Origin: Hydrogenophaga intermedia
GTDB lineage: Bacteria > Pseudomonadota > Alphaproteobacteria > Sphingomonadales > Sphingomonadaceae
DNA: 64,000 nucleotides
Assembly: GCA_943370475.1 (NCBI GenBank)
Contig: CALRRI020000027.1
Span: forward strand, 22 to 64,021
Reading direction: 5' to 3'
Each line of letters begins with the position of its first letter. The stretch's first letter is position 1. The position numbers were made by a program, and so were the translations under genes. Shown one piece after another: positions 8,888 to 19,736 of this stretch. Under the pieces are notes generated by a model. It worked only from the letters and a program-made list of their open reading frames with translations. It was not told the origin of the DNA and ran no database searches.

Positions 8888-9739
8888 TCACCCCTTCAGG
8901 CGTGCGGCATGCCAGCGCAGATGGTCTTCCATGAAGGTGGAAATGAAGTAATAGCTGTGGTCATAGCCCGGCTGCATCCGCAGCGTCAGGTCGATGCCCG
9001 CCTTTTCGCAGGCCTCGGCCAGCAGCTGCGGCTTGAGCTGTTCACTCAAGAAATTGTCCGCCTCGCCCTGATCGACCAGCAGCGCAGGCACCCGCGCACC
9101 ATCCTCGATCAGTGCCACGGCATCATGTGCACGCCACGCGGCCGCATCATCGCCCAGATAGCCGCCCAGCGCCTTCTGCCCCCAGGGGACCTGTGACGGC
9201 GCGACGATCGGTGCGAAGGCCGAGACCGCCTTGAAGCGTTCGGGCAAGGTCAGGCCGATGGTCAGCGCGCCATGCCCGCCCATCGAATGGCCCATGACCG
9301 ACTGGCGGTCCATATCAGCAGGGAAGCAGTCGCCGATGATCTCGGGCAGTTCCTGCGTGATATAGCTCCACATCCTGTAGTGCGGCGCGAACGGGTCCTG
9401 CGTCGCATCGACATAAAAGCCCGCGCCCAGGCCGAAGTCGTAAGCGCCTTCAGGGTCGTCGGCGACACCCTCGCCGCGCGGGCTGGTATCGGGCGCGACG
9501 AAGATCAGGCCAAGCTCGGCGCAGGCCCGGCGATAATCGCCCTTTTCGGTGACATTGGCGTGCGTGCAGGTGAGCCCCGAGAGATACCAGACTACCGGCA
9601 GCTTCGCCCCTTCCGCATGATCGGGCACGAACACCGAAAAGGTCATGTCGGTGCCGGTCGCTTCGGACGCGTGGCGCAGCACCGCCTGCTCGCCGCCGAA
9701 GCTCTTGACCGACGACAGGGTTTCGACCGGAACCGGCAT
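8888..9739 (-). CDS. fghA: S-formylglutathione hydrolase (esterase D family)
   Basis: Begins '[23 protein letters not shown]...' and contains 'GHSMGGHGAL'. The ATG at 9739 overlaps the adhC stop (ATGA). The upstream 280 codons of track ORF 8888..10579 are an out-of-frame read-through over adhC. Confidence 0.9.
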   Translation of the reverse strand: MPVPVETLSSVKSFGGEQAVLRHASEATGTDMTFSVFVPDHAEGAKLPVVWYLSGLTCTHANVTEKGDYRRACAELGLIFVAPDTSPRGEGVADDPEGAYDFGLGAGFYVDATQDPFAPHYRMWSYITQELPEIIGDCFPADMDRQSVMGHSMGGHGALTIGLTLPERFKAVSAFAPIVAPSQVPWGQKALGGYLGDDAAAWRAHDAVALIEDGARVPALLVDQGEADNFLSEQLKPQLLAEACEKAGIDLTLRMQPGYDHSYYFISTFMEDHLRWHAARLKG

Positions 9740-10851
9740 CAGAACACCACCACGGAGCGGATCGACTTGCCCGCATGCATCAGATCGAACGCGGTGTTGA
9801 TCTCTTCCAGGCCCATCACGTGCGTGATCATCGGGTCGATCTCGATCTTGCCGGTCATGTACATGTCGACGATCTCGGGCACATCGGTGCGGCCCTTGGC
9901 GCCGCCGAACGCGGTCCCGCGCCAGTTGCGCCCGGTCACCAGCTGGAACGGCCGGGTGGCGATTTCCTTGCCGGCCTCGGCCACGCCGATGATGATGCTG
10001 GTGCCCCAGCCGCGGTGGCACGCCTCGAGCGCGGTGCGCATCACCTCGGTGTTGCCGGTCGCATCGAAGGTGTAATCCGCGCCGCCATCGGTCATCGCGA
10101 CGATCTTCGCGACCACGTCCTCGCGGCTCATGCCCTTCGAATTCAGGAAATCGGTCATGCCGAAGCGGCGGCCCCATTCCTCGCGATCGGGATTGATGTC
10201 GACGCCGATGATTGTGTTCGCGCCGGCGAGCTTGGCGCCCTGCAGCACGTTGAGACCGATGCCGCCGAGGCCGAAGACGACGATGTTGTCGCCAGGCTGG
10301 ACTTTGGCAGTCTTGGTGACCGCGCCGACGCCGGTAGTGACCCCGCAGCCGATATAGCAGGCGCTCTGGAACGGCGCGTCTTCCCGGATCTTGGCGACGG
10401 CAATCTCGGGCAGCACGGTGAAGTTGCTGAAGGTCGAGCAGCCCATATAGTGATAGATCGGCTGGCCCTTGTAGCTGAACCGCGTCGTGCCATCGGGCAT
10501 CAGGCCCTTGCCCTGCGTCGCGCGGATCGCGGTGCACAGGTTCGACTTGCCCGACAGGCAGGTTTTGCACTTGCCGCACTCAGGGGTGTAGAGCGGGATG
10601 ACATGGTCGCCCGGCTTGACCGAGGTCACGCCTGCGCCAACCTCGCGCACGATGCCTGCGCCCTCATGCCCCAGCACGCTGGGGAACAGCCCTTCGCTGT
10701 CCAGCCCGTCGAGCGTATAGGCATCGGTGTGGCATACGCCTGTTGCCATGATCTCGACCAGAACCTCGCCCTCCTTGGGGCCTTCAAGGTCAAGCTCGAC
10801 GATTTCGAGCGGCTTCTTGGCTTCAAACGCAACGGCGGCACGAGTCTTCAT
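9739..10851 (-). CDS. adhC: S-(hydroxymethyl)glutathione dehydrogenase / class III alcohol dehydrogenase
   Basis: 370 aa. '[12 protein letters not shown]...GHEGAG' and the full-length pattern are typical of class III ADH. Confidence 0.95.
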   Translation of the reverse strand: MKTRAAVAFEAKKPLEIVELDLEGPKEGEVLVEIMATGVCHTDAYTLDGLDSEGLFPSVLGHEGAGIVREVGAGVTSVKPGDHVIPLYTPECGKCKTCLSGKSNLCTAIRATQGKGLMPDGTTRFSYKGQPIYHYMGCSTFSNFTVLPEIAVAKIREDAPFQSACYIGCGVTTGVGAVTKTAKVQPGDNIVVFGLGGIGLNVLQGAKLAGANTIIGVDINPDREEWGRRFGMTDFLNSKGMSREDVVAKIVAMTDGGADYTFDATGNTEVMRTALEACHRGWGTSIIIGVAEAGKEIATRPFQLVTGRNWRGTAFGGAKGRTDVPEIVDMYMTGKIEIDPMITHVMGLEEINTAFDLMHAGKSIRSVVVF

Positions 10852-10959
10852 GGGTCGCAGGCTTTCCTGGCTGTCTCAAGGGATCGCTTGCCCTATCATT
10901 ACACCGCATTTGCGTTAATATGTTAATTCATAAATAGACTGTGTCACAAATGGGATAAT

Positions 10960-11835
10960 ATGTCGCAATGGGACGGGATTGACGAGTTTATCGCGGTGGC
11001 CACCGCCAGCTCGTTCACGCGCGCAGCCAAGGCCATCGGCATGTCGCCCACCCATGTCAGTCGTGCGGTCCGGCTGCTCGAGCAAAGGGTGCAGGCGCGG
11101 CTGTTCCACCGGACCACGCGCACCGTCAGCCTGACCGATGCCGGACGGGTGCTGTTCGAACGCTGCGAACGCATCGCGCAGGAACGCGACGAGGCGATTG
11201 CGCTGATCAGCCAGCAGGGCGAGCCGCAGGGCGAACTGCGCGTCACCTGCTCGACCGCGCTGGGCGAGCGGTTCGTCGCCCCGATCCTGCGCCGCTTTGC
11301 CATGCCGCACCCCCGGCTCAGCCTGACGATCGAGCTCACCAACCGCGTCGTCGATCTGCTCGCCGAAGGCTATGATCTGGCGGTGCGCACCGGCCATGTC
11401 GCCGACCCCCGGCTGATCAGCACCAAGGTGGCCTCGCGCCGCCTGTTCACCTGTGCGACGCCGGACTATCTCGCACGCGCCGGGGTCCCCCGCGACATCG
11501 GCGATCTGGCCGCCCATGCCTGCATCATCGGCACCAGCCCCAGCTGGCAGTTCCGCAAGGACGGGCGCGAGATCGTTCATCGTCCGGTGGGGCGATTCCG
11601 CTGCAACAGTGGCTTTGCGGTGCTGGAGGCGTGCCTGTCGGGCGATGGTATCTGCCAGCTGCCCGATTTCTATGTCCTGCCGCATCTGAAGAGCGGTGCG
11701 CTGCAGGCGGTGTTGACCGACATCCAGCCCGATGACGAGCCGGTCTGGGCCGTCTACCCGCAACAGCACCACCTGCTGCCCAAGATTGCCCAAGCGGTCG
11801 AATGGCTGCAGCGGGATCTGGGGAGCGCATTCTGA
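10960..11835 (+). CDS. LysR-family transcriptional regulator
   Basis: N-terminal wHTH 'FIAVATASSFTRAAKAIGMSPTHVSRAVRLLEQRV' followed by a LysR substrate-binding domain. It is divergent from adhC-fghA. Confidence 0.9.
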   Translation: MSQWDGIDEFIAVATASSFTRAAKAIGMSPTHVSRAVRLLEQRVQARLFHRTTRTVSLTDAGRVLFERCERIAQERDEAIALISQQGEPQGELRVTCSTALGERFVAPILRRFAMPHPRLSLTIELTNRVVDLLAEGYDLAVRTGHVADPRLISTKVASRRLFTCATPDYLARAGVPRDIGDLAAHACIIGTSPSWQFRKDGREIVHRPVGRFRCNSGFAVLEACLSGDGICQLPDFYVLPHLKSGALQAVLTDIQPDDEPVWAVYPQQHHLLPKIAQAVEWLQRDLGSAF

Positions 11836-11927
11836 CGCAACGAGCATGGTGCCGGGGCGCTTCTGGTCGATGGCGCCGACAACAATAATGCGCCGTTTGT
11901 CTGGCGCTTGCGGGCCAGCGGCCTATA

Positions 11928-14003
11928 TTGGCGATCAACCAGGCGCACAGAGACGCCGCCAGACAAGCGAACGGGTCGATGCTGCTCAATCTCAGCCATG
12001 CCAGTTTCAGGAGCGAAGACGAGGCCGCGCGGCTGGCGGCCCTGCGCACCTATCAGCTGTCCCCTGATGATGGTGACAACGGCCTGTATGCCGATCTGGT
12101 TGCGCTGGCCCGCACCATTGGCCGTTGCGAAACTGCCTTCATCTCGATCGTCGACGAGGAAAGGCAGTGGTTCAAGGCATCCGAAGGGCTGGAGATCGAC
12201 CAGACGCCGCGTTCGATCGCCTTTTGCGACCATGCCATCCGGTCGAGCGACGTCATGGTGGTGCTCGACGCCGCGCAGGACCCGCGCTTTGCCGACAATC
12301 CGCTGGTCACCGGCCCCCCGCACATCCGCTTTTATGCCGGGGCACCGGTCATCAACAGCGATGGCTATGCGCTGGGCACGATCTGCCTCTCGGACTGCCA
12401 CCCGCGCGACAGTTTTGATGGCGCGCCGCTGCTGGCGGCGCTCGCGCGGCAGGTTGCCGCCTTGCTGGAGTTGCGCCGCAAGCTGATCCACGAGCAGCTG
12501 GCCGCAGACCTTGCCGCAGATCAGCGCGACCGGCTGTGGGATTCCTCGCTCGACATGATGCTGATCACCACCAATGATGGCGCCCTGGTGGCCGGCAATC
12601 CTGCATGGGAAAAGGCCTTCGGACCGGTTCCTGCGGGCGGCAACGGGGATATCCGTCAATATTTCGCCGATCCGCAGGACGGCGAGCTGGTGCACCTGGC
12701 CAGTGGCCAGAGCGATGTTCAGGTCGAGCGCGAGATGCGCGGGCGCGAGGGTCAGCCGATCTTCGCGAGCTGGAGCCTGGCGCGCGAGGGCGACCTGATC
12801 TTCGGCATCGCCCGCGACATCACCCGCACCCGCGCGGCAGAGGCGCAGCTGGCACAGGTTCAGCGGATGGAAACGATCGGTCAGCTGACCGGCGGTATTG
12901 CGCACGATTTCAACAACCTGCTCACCATCATTTCGGGCAATCTGGATATCGCGCAGAAGCGGATCGCCTCGGGTCAGATCGACCGGGCCGAGACCGCGAT
13001 CGCCAATGCCCGCGACGGGGCCGGCCGCGCGGCCAATCTGACGCAGCGCCTGCTGGCCTATGCGCGGCGCCAGTCGCTCACCCCGACGCGGATCCAGCCC
13101 GCCGATCTCATCCGCGATCTCGAGCCGCTCGCCGCGCAGGCGCTGGAAGATCGGCACACGCTCAAGGTCGAATGCCCCGAAAGCCTGTGGCCGATCACCG
13201 TCGATGCCAGCCAGCTGGAAAACGCGCTGCTCAACCTTGTGGTCAACGCGCGCGATGCGATGGATCTGCCCGGCGCGATCACCGTCCACGCGACCAACGC
13301 GCACCGCGACGCGGACGATCTGACAGACGGGCACGATGCCCCGCCGGGCCGCTATGTCCGCTTTTGCGTCAACGACACCGGATCGGGCATCGCCCCCGAA
13401 GTCGCGGCGCACATTTTCGAGCCATTCTTCACCACCAAGGACATCGGCAAGGGCACAGGCCTGGGGCTGAGCCAGGTGCAGGGCTTTGTCGCGCAGTCGG
13501 GCGGCTTCGTGACGCTGGACACTGCGCCGGGCGAAGGGACCACGCTCAGCCTGTGGCTGCCGGTGGCCGAAGATGCCGCCGACGCGACCGCACAGCGCGC
13601 AACGACGGACGCAACCGGCGATGCCTGCCGCGCCGGTTGCACCATCATGCTGGCCGAGGACAATGCCGAGCTGCGCGCCCATGTGAGCGACGTGCTGCAG
13701 GAGGCCGGCTTCAAGGTCGTCGAGGCCGAGGATGGCCAGCAGGCGCTCGACATGATGCGCGCCGCCGAACCGCGCCCCGATCTGCTGCTGAGCGACATCA
13801 CCATGCCGCGCATGGACGGCAAGGCGCTGGCGACCGAAGTGCACCGTGCCTGGCCAGAGATTCCGATCGTGCTGATGACCGCTTATGCCGGCGGCGCGCT
13901 CGAAAGCGGCTGCCCGCACAACCTGCTGATCACCAAGCCGTTTGCGCCCGATGATCTGGTGGCGCTGGTCCGGCGGACACTCGCCGCCGTCCCAGCTGCC
14001 TGA
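11928..14003 (+). CDS. hybrid sensor histidine kinase (GAF-PAS-HisKA-HATPase-REC)
   Basis: GAF region 'AFISIVDEERQWF...GTICLSD'; H-box 'GGIAHDFNNLLT'; G-boxes 'DTGSGI...GTGLGLSQV'; receiver 'LLLSDITMPRMDG'. The start is either TTG at 11928 or ATG at 11979. Confidence 0.9.
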   Translation: MAINQAHRDAARQANGSMLLNLSHASFRSEDEAARLAALRTYQLSPDDGDNGLYADLVALARTIGRCETAFISIVDEERQWFKASEGLEIDQTPRSIAFCDHAIRSSDVMVVLDAAQDPRFADNPLVTGPPHIRFYAGAPVINSDGYALGTICLSDCHPRDSFDGAPLLAALARQVAALLELRRKLIHEQLAADLAADQRDRLWDSSLDMMLITTNDGALVAGNPAWEKAFGPVPAGGNGDIRQYFADPQDGELVHLASGQSDVQVEREMRGREGQPIFASWSLAREGDLIFGIARDITRTRAAEAQLAQVQRMETIGQLTGGIAHDFNNLLTIISGNLDIAQKRIASGQIDRAETAIANARDGAGRAANLTQRLLAYARRQSLTPTRIQPADLIRDLEPLAAQALEDRHTLKVECPESLWPITVDASQLENALLNLVVNARDAMDLPGAITVHATNAHRDADDLTDGHDAPPGRYVRFCVNDTGSGIAPEVAAHIFEPFFTTKDIGKGTGLGLSQVQGFVAQSGGFVTLDTAPGEGTTLSLWLPVAEDAADATAQRATTDATGDACRAGCTIMLAEDNAELRAHVSDVLQEAGFKVVEAEDGQQALDMMRAAEPRPDLLLSDITMPRMDGKALATEVHRAWPEIPIVLMTAYAGGALESGCPHNLLITKPFAPDDLVALVRRTLAAVPAA

Positions 14004-14020
14004 TCACACCGCCAGATCGG

Positions 14021-16285
14021 TCAGCCCACCACGCCCGACGAGGCGAGCAGCGCCAGCGTCAGCAGATCGCCTGCCGTCGATGACATCGCGGCAATCTGCA
14101 CCGGCTTTTCCATGCCGATCAGCATCGGCCCGATCATCGCATCGCCGCCCAGTTCGCGCAGCAGCTTGGCCGACAGGTTGGCCGATTGCAGGCCCGGCAT
14201 GATCAGCACATTGGCCGGGGCCGACAGGCGGCAGAACGGATAGTTCGCCATCAGCCTGGGGTTGAGCGCGACATCGGGCGACATCTCGCCTTCATATTCG
14301 AACGTCACCCCGCGCTGATCAAGGATGCTCACCGCGTCACGGATATTGTCCAGCCAGCGCCCCGAGGGATTGCCGAAATTGGAATAGGACAGAAACGCGA
14401 CGCGCGGCTCGTGCCCCAGCCTCTTGGCGACCTGTGCGGTGTTCTCCGCGATGCAGGCCAGTTCCTCGGCGTCGGGCCGTTCGTTGACCGTGGTATCCGC
14501 GAGGAACACTGTGTGGCTCTTGCCGACCATCACATGGATGCCGAACGGCGTCTCGCCCGGCTTGGGATCGAGCACCCGGCGGATCTCGCGCATCGACTGG
14601 CCGAAGGTGCGGGTGATGCCGGTGAGCATCGCGTCCGCCTCGCCCAGATGCAGCAGCGCCGATCCGAAGATGTTGCGGTCCTGGTTGACCATGCGCTTGA
14701 CGTCGCGCTTCAGGTAGCCGCGCCGCTGCAGCCGTTCGTACAGCACGTCGACCATGCGCGGCACCAAAGGCGAGTTGACCGAATTGTGCACCTCGAACGC
14801 CATCGGATCATCGACGGCCAGTTCCTTGAGCTTGTCGCGCACCCGCTGCTCGCGGCCGACCAGCACCGGCGTGCCATAGCCGCCATCGCGGAACTGGATC
14901 GCGGCGCGCAGCACCACTTCCTCTTCGGCCTCGGCAAACACCACGCGCTTGGGGTTGGCGCGGGCATCGCTGTACACCTGGGTCAGCACCGCCGTGGTCG
15001 GGTTGAGGCGGCTCTTGAGCGAATGGCGGTACTGCGCCATGTCCTCGATCGGCTTTTGCGCCACGCCGGTATCCATCGCCGCCTGCGCGACCGCAGCCGA
15101 AACGCGCTCCATCAGGCGCGGATCGAACGGTGCGGGAATGATGTAATCGACCCCGAACTTCTGCGTCGCGCCGCCATAGGCTGCGGCGACCTCTTCGGGA
15201 ACCTGCTCGCGCGCCAGCTCGGCGATCGCACGCGCGGCGGCGATCTTCATTTCCTCGTTGATCGCGGTTGCCCGCACGTCGAGCGCGCCGCGGAAGATGA
15301 ACGGGAAGCCGAGCACGTTGTTGACCTGGTTGGGATAATCCGACCGGCCGGTGGCGATGATCGCATCGGGACGCGCCGCCTTGGCATCGGGCGGAGTGAT
15401 TTCCGGATCGGGATTGGCCATGGCGAAGATGATCGGCTGGGGTGCCATCTTCATCACCATTTCGGGCTTGAGCGCCCCTGCCGCTGACAGTCCGAGGAAG
15501 ATGTCGGCACCGTCCAGCGCCTCTTCGAGCGTCCGCCGATCGGTCTTGGCGGCATGCGCCGACTTCCACTGGTCCAGATCCTCGCGGCCCTGATAGATCA
15601 CGCCCGACCGGTCGCACATCAGCACATTGTCATGCCGCACGCCCATCGCCTTGATCAGCTCGGTGCACGCGATCGCGGCTGCGCCCGCACCGTTGACCAC
15701 CATCTTCACATCGGCAAAATCGCGGCCGGTGAGATAGCAGGCGTTGAGCAGGCCGGCGGCAGAGATGATCGCGGTGCCATGCTGGTCATCGTGCATGACC
15801 GGAATGTTCATGCGCTCCTTCAGCGCCTGTTCGATGATGAAGCACGCAGGCGCGCCGATATCTTCCAGGTTGATCCCGCCGAACGTCGGCTCGAGCAATT
15901 CGACGCATTCGATGAAGCGCTGGACGTCCTCGGTGTTCACTTCGATATCGATCGAATCGACATCGGCAAAGCGCTTGAACAGCACCGCCTTGCCTTCCAT
16001 CACCGGCTTGGAGGCGAGCGCGCCCAGATTGCCGAGACCCAGGATCGCCGTCCCGTTCGAGATCACCGCGACCAGATTGCCCTTGGCGGTGTAGTCATAG
16101 GCGGTCGACGGGTCCTCGGCGATGGCACGCACCGGCACCGCGACGCCCGGCGAATAGGCCAGGCTGAGGTCGCGCTGCGTCGCCATCGGCTTGGAGGCGA
16201 TGATCTCGATCTTGCCCGGCCGACCGGCCGAATGGAAGTGCAGCGCCTCGCGCTCGGTGAACTGGACGTTGCTCTTCTCGGTCAT
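14021..16285 (-). CDS. maeB: NADP-dependent malic enzyme (malic enzyme + phosphotransacetylase-like domain)
   Basis: 754 aa. '[10 protein letters not shown]...' and the C-terminal PTA-like domain are typical of MaeB. Confidence 0.95.
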   Translation of the reverse strand: MTEKSNVQFTEREALHFHSAGRPGKIEIIASKPMATQRDLSLAYSPGVAVPVRAIAEDPSTAYDYTAKGNLVAVISNGTAILGLGNLGALASKPVMEGKAVLFKRFADVDSIDIEVNTEDVQRFIECVELLEPTFGGINLEDIGAPACFIIEQALKERMNIPVMHDDQHGTAIISAAGLLNACYLTGRDFADVKMVVNGAGAAAIACTELIKAMGVRHDNVLMCDRSGVIYQGREDLDQWKSAHAAKTDRRTLEEALDGADIFLGLSAAGALKPEMVMKMAPQPIIFAMANPDPEITPPDAKAARPDAIIATGRSDYPNQVNNVLGFPFIFRGALDVRATAINEEMKIAAARAIAELAREQVPEEVAAAYGGATQKFGVDYIIPAPFDPRLMERVSAAVAQAAMDTGVAQKPIEDMAQYRHSLKSRLNPTTAVLTQVYSDARANPKRVVFAEAEEEVVLRAAIQFRDGGYGTPVLVGREQRVRDKLKELAVDDPMAFEVHNSVNSPLVPRMVDVLYERLQRRGYLKRDVKRMVNQDRNIFGSALLHLGEADAMLTGITRTFGQSMREIRRVLDPKPGETPFGIHVMVGKSHTVFLADTTVNERPDAEELACIAENTAQVAKRLGHEPRVAFLSYSNFGNPSGRWLDNIRDAVSILDQRGVTFEYEGEMSPDVALNPRLMANYPFCRLSAPANVLIMPGLQSANLSAKLLRELGGDAMIGPMLIGMEKPVQIAAMSSTAGDLLTLALLASSGVVG

Positions 16286-16455
16286 CGACAGGCCCTTGGC
16301 TGGCGGTTGCGTAGGCGCAGCCGCTGGTGGATCGGTTTATCTGCGAGCCGGTTCCCGGCCAGGTTGGTTGAAGACGCCCCTTGGCCAAGTGCATAGCCGT
16401 GACGGTACGGATTGGGCAAGTATTTGCGCAGGCAAATGTTGCGCAGCATGGTGCA

Positions 16456-18390
16456 TCATTCGCATCGCGCGCCGCGCAGCGCGGTGGCAATCAGGTCGGG
16501 CCGCTGGAACAGCAGCATCCGCCCTGCCCCGGCCACGACCTGCGCGCGCGAACCCGGCCAGATCGACTGCCAATAGGGCACCGAATCCGCCGCCGCATAC
16601 ATCGTGTCCTGCTGCCCGCACAGGATCGTGATCGCGCTGCCATCGGCGATCGACACCACGCTGTCGTGCGGCTCCGACCGGGCGATGGCGAGAAAGCCCG
16701 CGCCGCCCTGCATCGCGCTTTGCTGCGTTGCGCGGACATAGCCCGAGAGGATATCGGGATCTGCCAGCGTCTCGCGATCGGCCGCCGATCCGCCGACAAC
16801 CTGCAGCACCAGCCGCTCGACCGTGCGGGCCGAGGCGCGGCGCGACAGATGCATGGCAAGCGGGGCCACCAGCCCCGGTCGCGAATAGACCAGCTGCTTG
16901 ACATGGCCATGCAACCCCTGCAGCCGCCCGTCGCGCTGCGGCGGCGGCTCGGGGTTGAGCACCACCGCGCGGTCGAGCCGCTCAGGGTAATGCGCCGCGA
17001 TATACGCCAGCACCATCGTGCCGCCGCGCGCCAGAATGCAGGCGCGCTCCAGCCCCAGCGCATCGAGGATCTCCAGAATGTCGAGCGCATTGTGCGCCAG
17101 ATAATCACCCTCGACCATTGCGGTCAGGCCAAAGCCGGGCCGGTCGAGCGTGATCGGCCGCAAGCCATGCGTCTGAAGTGCGGCGATTACCTTGGGCGGA
17201 AGGTGCCGCCCGGTGGTGGCGGTGTGCAGGCAGATCATGGGGATGGCATCGCGCGGGCCATGGTCGGCAAAGGCGATGCGCCCCGGCCGGTCGCGGCGGG
17301 GCAGCAGCCGCAGCGGCTCTGCGCCGCGCGTCGCCACTGACAGATCGATATCGGTCGCCTCGGCGAGCGCCGCCACCGCCTGGATATGCGCCACCAGAGT
17401 GGTCAGCTGGACGAGAGACGCGAGATCGCAGCTCGCGAAGATCGCTTTCAGCTCGGCCTTGACGATGTTGATGGAAAGCCCCAGCCGACCCGCGCACTCC
17501 TCGCGAGTGAGGCCGCGCGCGATGGTGTCGGCGATGCGCGCCTGCCGCTCGGTCAGGCCGAAGATGTCGCGCAGCACCGGCTCGATGGCGAGCCCGCCCG
17601 GCTGCTCGCCGCTTTCGATCTGCAGGCACAGGGCGACGAACTCGCCCTGGCGGTGGCACCCCGCCTTGGCCATCGCCGCCTTGATGACGTCGCGCCCGGT
17701 CTCGTAGCCGATGCCCTCCATCCGGGCGGCCTCGCGCACATCGCCGCCGCGCACCAAGGCCTCGGCCATGCTCGCCTCGCGCGCGGTAAAGCCGAACAAC
17801 CGCGCCGCCGAAGCCAGCCCGCGCGGCTGCAGCGTGGGTGGCAGATGCGCGACCAATGCATAGTCCGCCGCGCCCGTTTCCAGCGCACGGCGCACCTCTG
17901 GAGCCAGCGGCCAATGGCGGGCAGCGGCCAGCGGCGCAGCGGCGACGGCGATGAACTTGCCTCCATGGCACTGCGAGCCGGACACGTCCTCGAGCAGATA
18001 CGAAACGCTGGCCTTGCCTGCCCTGAGCGCGCCAAGCTCGGCCCGGCCGCGGTGCAACGGTGCGGCCCAGGCGGCGAAGGCCGGGTCGGCGCAGACGATA
18101 TCGCCCTCGGCATCGCACGCGGCAGAGGCGTAGGCACGTGGATTGACGAACGCGGGGCCGGCAGGGGCAAGGCCGGCATCGCGCGCCATTGCCTCGCCCA
18201 GCGCCTCGGGAGCTTCGGCCAGCAAGGCACCGAAGCCGTCAGCATCCTCGTGCAGCATGTCGAGCGGATTGTGATCGTTGCCCGTGGAGCGGAACCGCTC
18301 CAGAAAGCGCTGTGCGCGGGACACGGCAATGCTCCCCTGCCTGAAGCGCGACCCCGTGGCAGCAGCACTGTGTCGGAAGGTCCGCGCCAA
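16456..18390 (-). CDS. LuxR-type regulator with two HTH modules fused to a degenerate alpha/beta-hydrolase fold
   Basis: Two LuxR-C-like HTHs: 'FGFTAREASMAEALVRGGDVREAARMEGIGYETGRDVIKAAMAKAG' and 'FGLTERQARIADTIARGLTREECAGRLGLSINIVKAELKAIF'. The C-terminal ~270 aa align by eye to alpha/beta hydrolases, but the nucleophile elbow reads 'LARGGTM' instead of G-x-S-x-G, and the His position reads 'GAGRM'. The start codon is uncertain (TTG at 18390). Confidence 0.8.
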   Translation of the reverse strand: MARTFRHSAAATGSRFRQGSIAVSRAQRFLERFRSTGNDHNPLDMLHEDADGFGALLAEAPEALGEAMARDAGLAPAGPAFVNPRAYASAACDAEGDIVCADPAFAAWAAPLHRGRAELGALRAGKASVSYLLEDVSGSQCHGGKFIAVAAAPLAAARHWPLAPEVRRALETGAADYALVAHLPPTLQPRGLASAARLFGFTAREASMAEALVRGGDVREAARMEGIGYETGRDVIKAAMAKAGCHRQGEFVALCLQIESGEQPGGLAIEPVLRDIFGLTERQARIADTIARGLTREECAGRLGLSINIVKAELKAIFASCDLASLVQLTTLVAHIQAVAALAEATDIDLSVATRGAEPLRLLPRRDRPGRIAFADHGPRDAIPMICLHTATTGRHLPPKVIAALQTHGLRPITLDRPGFGLTAMVEGDYLAHNALDILEILDALGLERACILARGGTMVLAYIAAHYPERLDRAVVLNPEPPPQRDGRLQGLHGHVKQLVYSRPGLVAPLAMHLSRRASARTVERLVLQVVGGSAADRETLADPDILSGYVRATQQSAMQGGAGFLAIARSEPHDSVVSIADGSAITILCGQQDTMYAAADSVPYWQSIWPGSRAQVVAGAGRMLLFQRPDLIATALRGARCE

Positions 18391-18418
18391 GGCAAGCCCC
18401 GGCGCGGCAAGGGGCGCC

Positions 18419-19606
18419 TCAGCTTGGCACGGTCGGGGCGTTGGTCTGGCGCGGTGGTGCGACGGTGAGGTCGATCTGCTCGAACCGGGGATTGGCGGCG
18501 CGGCGACGGATCATCGAACCCCTGGGAACGACAAAATCACCGGTCAAGGTGTAGCGCTCGACCCTGTAACGCCCTACCAGGTCGTCGGGATCGACAGACG
18601 GTGTGTAGCGCCGCTGGCCGATGGCATCGAGCAGCGGCTTGGCCCAATGCGCGCGGGGCGACCCGCGCAGAACGTCTACACTTTCCACCCGGCCATCCGG
18701 CCCGATCTGATAGCCGATATCGACCCATTTCAGACCGATCAGATCGGAACCAAAGGGCTGCAGTTGGTACAGCAGGGGATCGCTGGGTGCAAAATCTCCG
18801 CCGCGCGGGACGGGCAGGTCGGGCGCATAGACCAAAGTCGGGCCGATCCTTTTCTGGTCTTCGGTGAGCCGACCGATCAGCGCCTCGACGGCCTGCATGT
18901 CGCCATCGCGCGCCGCCAGCCGCATCGCCAGCACTTCGGACGCCAGCTTCAATCCCGTGGTCTGCGGCAGATCGCTGGCCTGGATGGCGTTGAGCAGTTT
19001 CATCGCCTGCTCGCGTCGATTGGCCCGGTACAGCATGGCCGCCCGGCCCAGATCGGCGCGCATCGCGATCAGCGGCTGGTCGGCGTCGGTGGCGCGTTGG
19101 GACAGGTCTTCCAGCTGGGCGATGTTGAACGAGGGGCCATCGATCTGATACTGCGCCTGGATCAGCCGCATCCGCGCCATCAGCGCGTTGGGTGATTGCG
19201 GGGCATGCCGATCAAGCAGCCGCGTGGTCGCGCCGGTTGCGCGCAAGGCTTCGCGCTGGTCGCCGAAATGCCAGGCCACCGTGGCCCGCGCCGTATGCAG
19301 CTCTGCCACCGCAAACGGATCACTGTCGGCATTCTTTTTGGTTCGCGAGACCGCCTTGCCCAACGCCGTGCGGGCGTCGTGATAATTGCCCTCGCGAAAC
19401 TCCGCCTCGGCATAGCGCACGGTGGCAATCACATCCTCGCGGACCGAGCATCCGCCCGCTTCGCAGCGCGCAACATCGGCCTTGAGATCGGCAAGCTTTG
19501 CGCCGACAACGACGATCTCGTCTCGCTGGAGGGGGCCAGGTGCTTGCGCCTGGGCTGCAGAAGCAAGGAGCAGCAGCGATGCTCCGGTGAGTAGCTGATT
19601 GAACAT
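18419..19606 (-). CDS. secreted hypothetical protein (signal peptide, helical-repeat middle, TonB-C-like end)
   Basis: The ATG at 19606 gives 'MFNQLLTGASLLLLASAAQAQA', a signal peptide. The C-terminus 'KWVDIGYQIGPDGRVESVDVLRGSP...' weakly resembles a TonB C-terminal fold. The gene lies 28 nt upstream of the LuxR fusion gene on the same strand. Confidence 0.6.
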   Translation of the reverse strand: MFNQLLTGASLLLLASAAQAQAPGPLQRDEIVVVGAKLADLKADVARCEAGGCSVREDVIATVRYAEAEFREGNYHDARTALGKAVSRTKKNADSDPFAVAELHTARATVAWHFGDQREALRATGATTRLLDRHAPQSPNALMARMRLIQAQYQIDGPSFNIAQLEDLSQRATDADQPLIAMRADLGRAAMLYRANRREQAMKLLNAIQASDLPQTTGLKLASEVLAMRLAARDGDMQAVEALIGRLTEDQKRIGPTLVYAPDLPVPRGGDFAPSDPLLYQLQPFGSDLIGLKWVDIGYQIGPDGRVESVDVLRGSPRAHWAKPLLDAIGQRRYTPSVDPDDLVGRYRVERYTLTGDFVVPRGSMIRRRAANPRFEQIDLTVAPPRQTNAPTVPS

Positions 19607-19736
19607 CGTTCGCTCCAATCGCAAGACTGAACACCCTTGGGGGAGCGTATCAACAAAGATCGGGATTGAAAATCCGGTCGCGTTATTTTGCGACGAACCG
19701 TTTTGACAAGACAATCGATCCAATTTGGAGAGACTA

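Noticed and set aside
8888-10579. The 563-aa track ORF, which suggests a large fusion protein ending in the esterase.
   Set aside because: Only the last 283 codons, from the ATG at 9739, match S-formylglutathione hydrolase. The upstream part is an Arg-rich out-of-frame overlap of the well-supported adhC gene.
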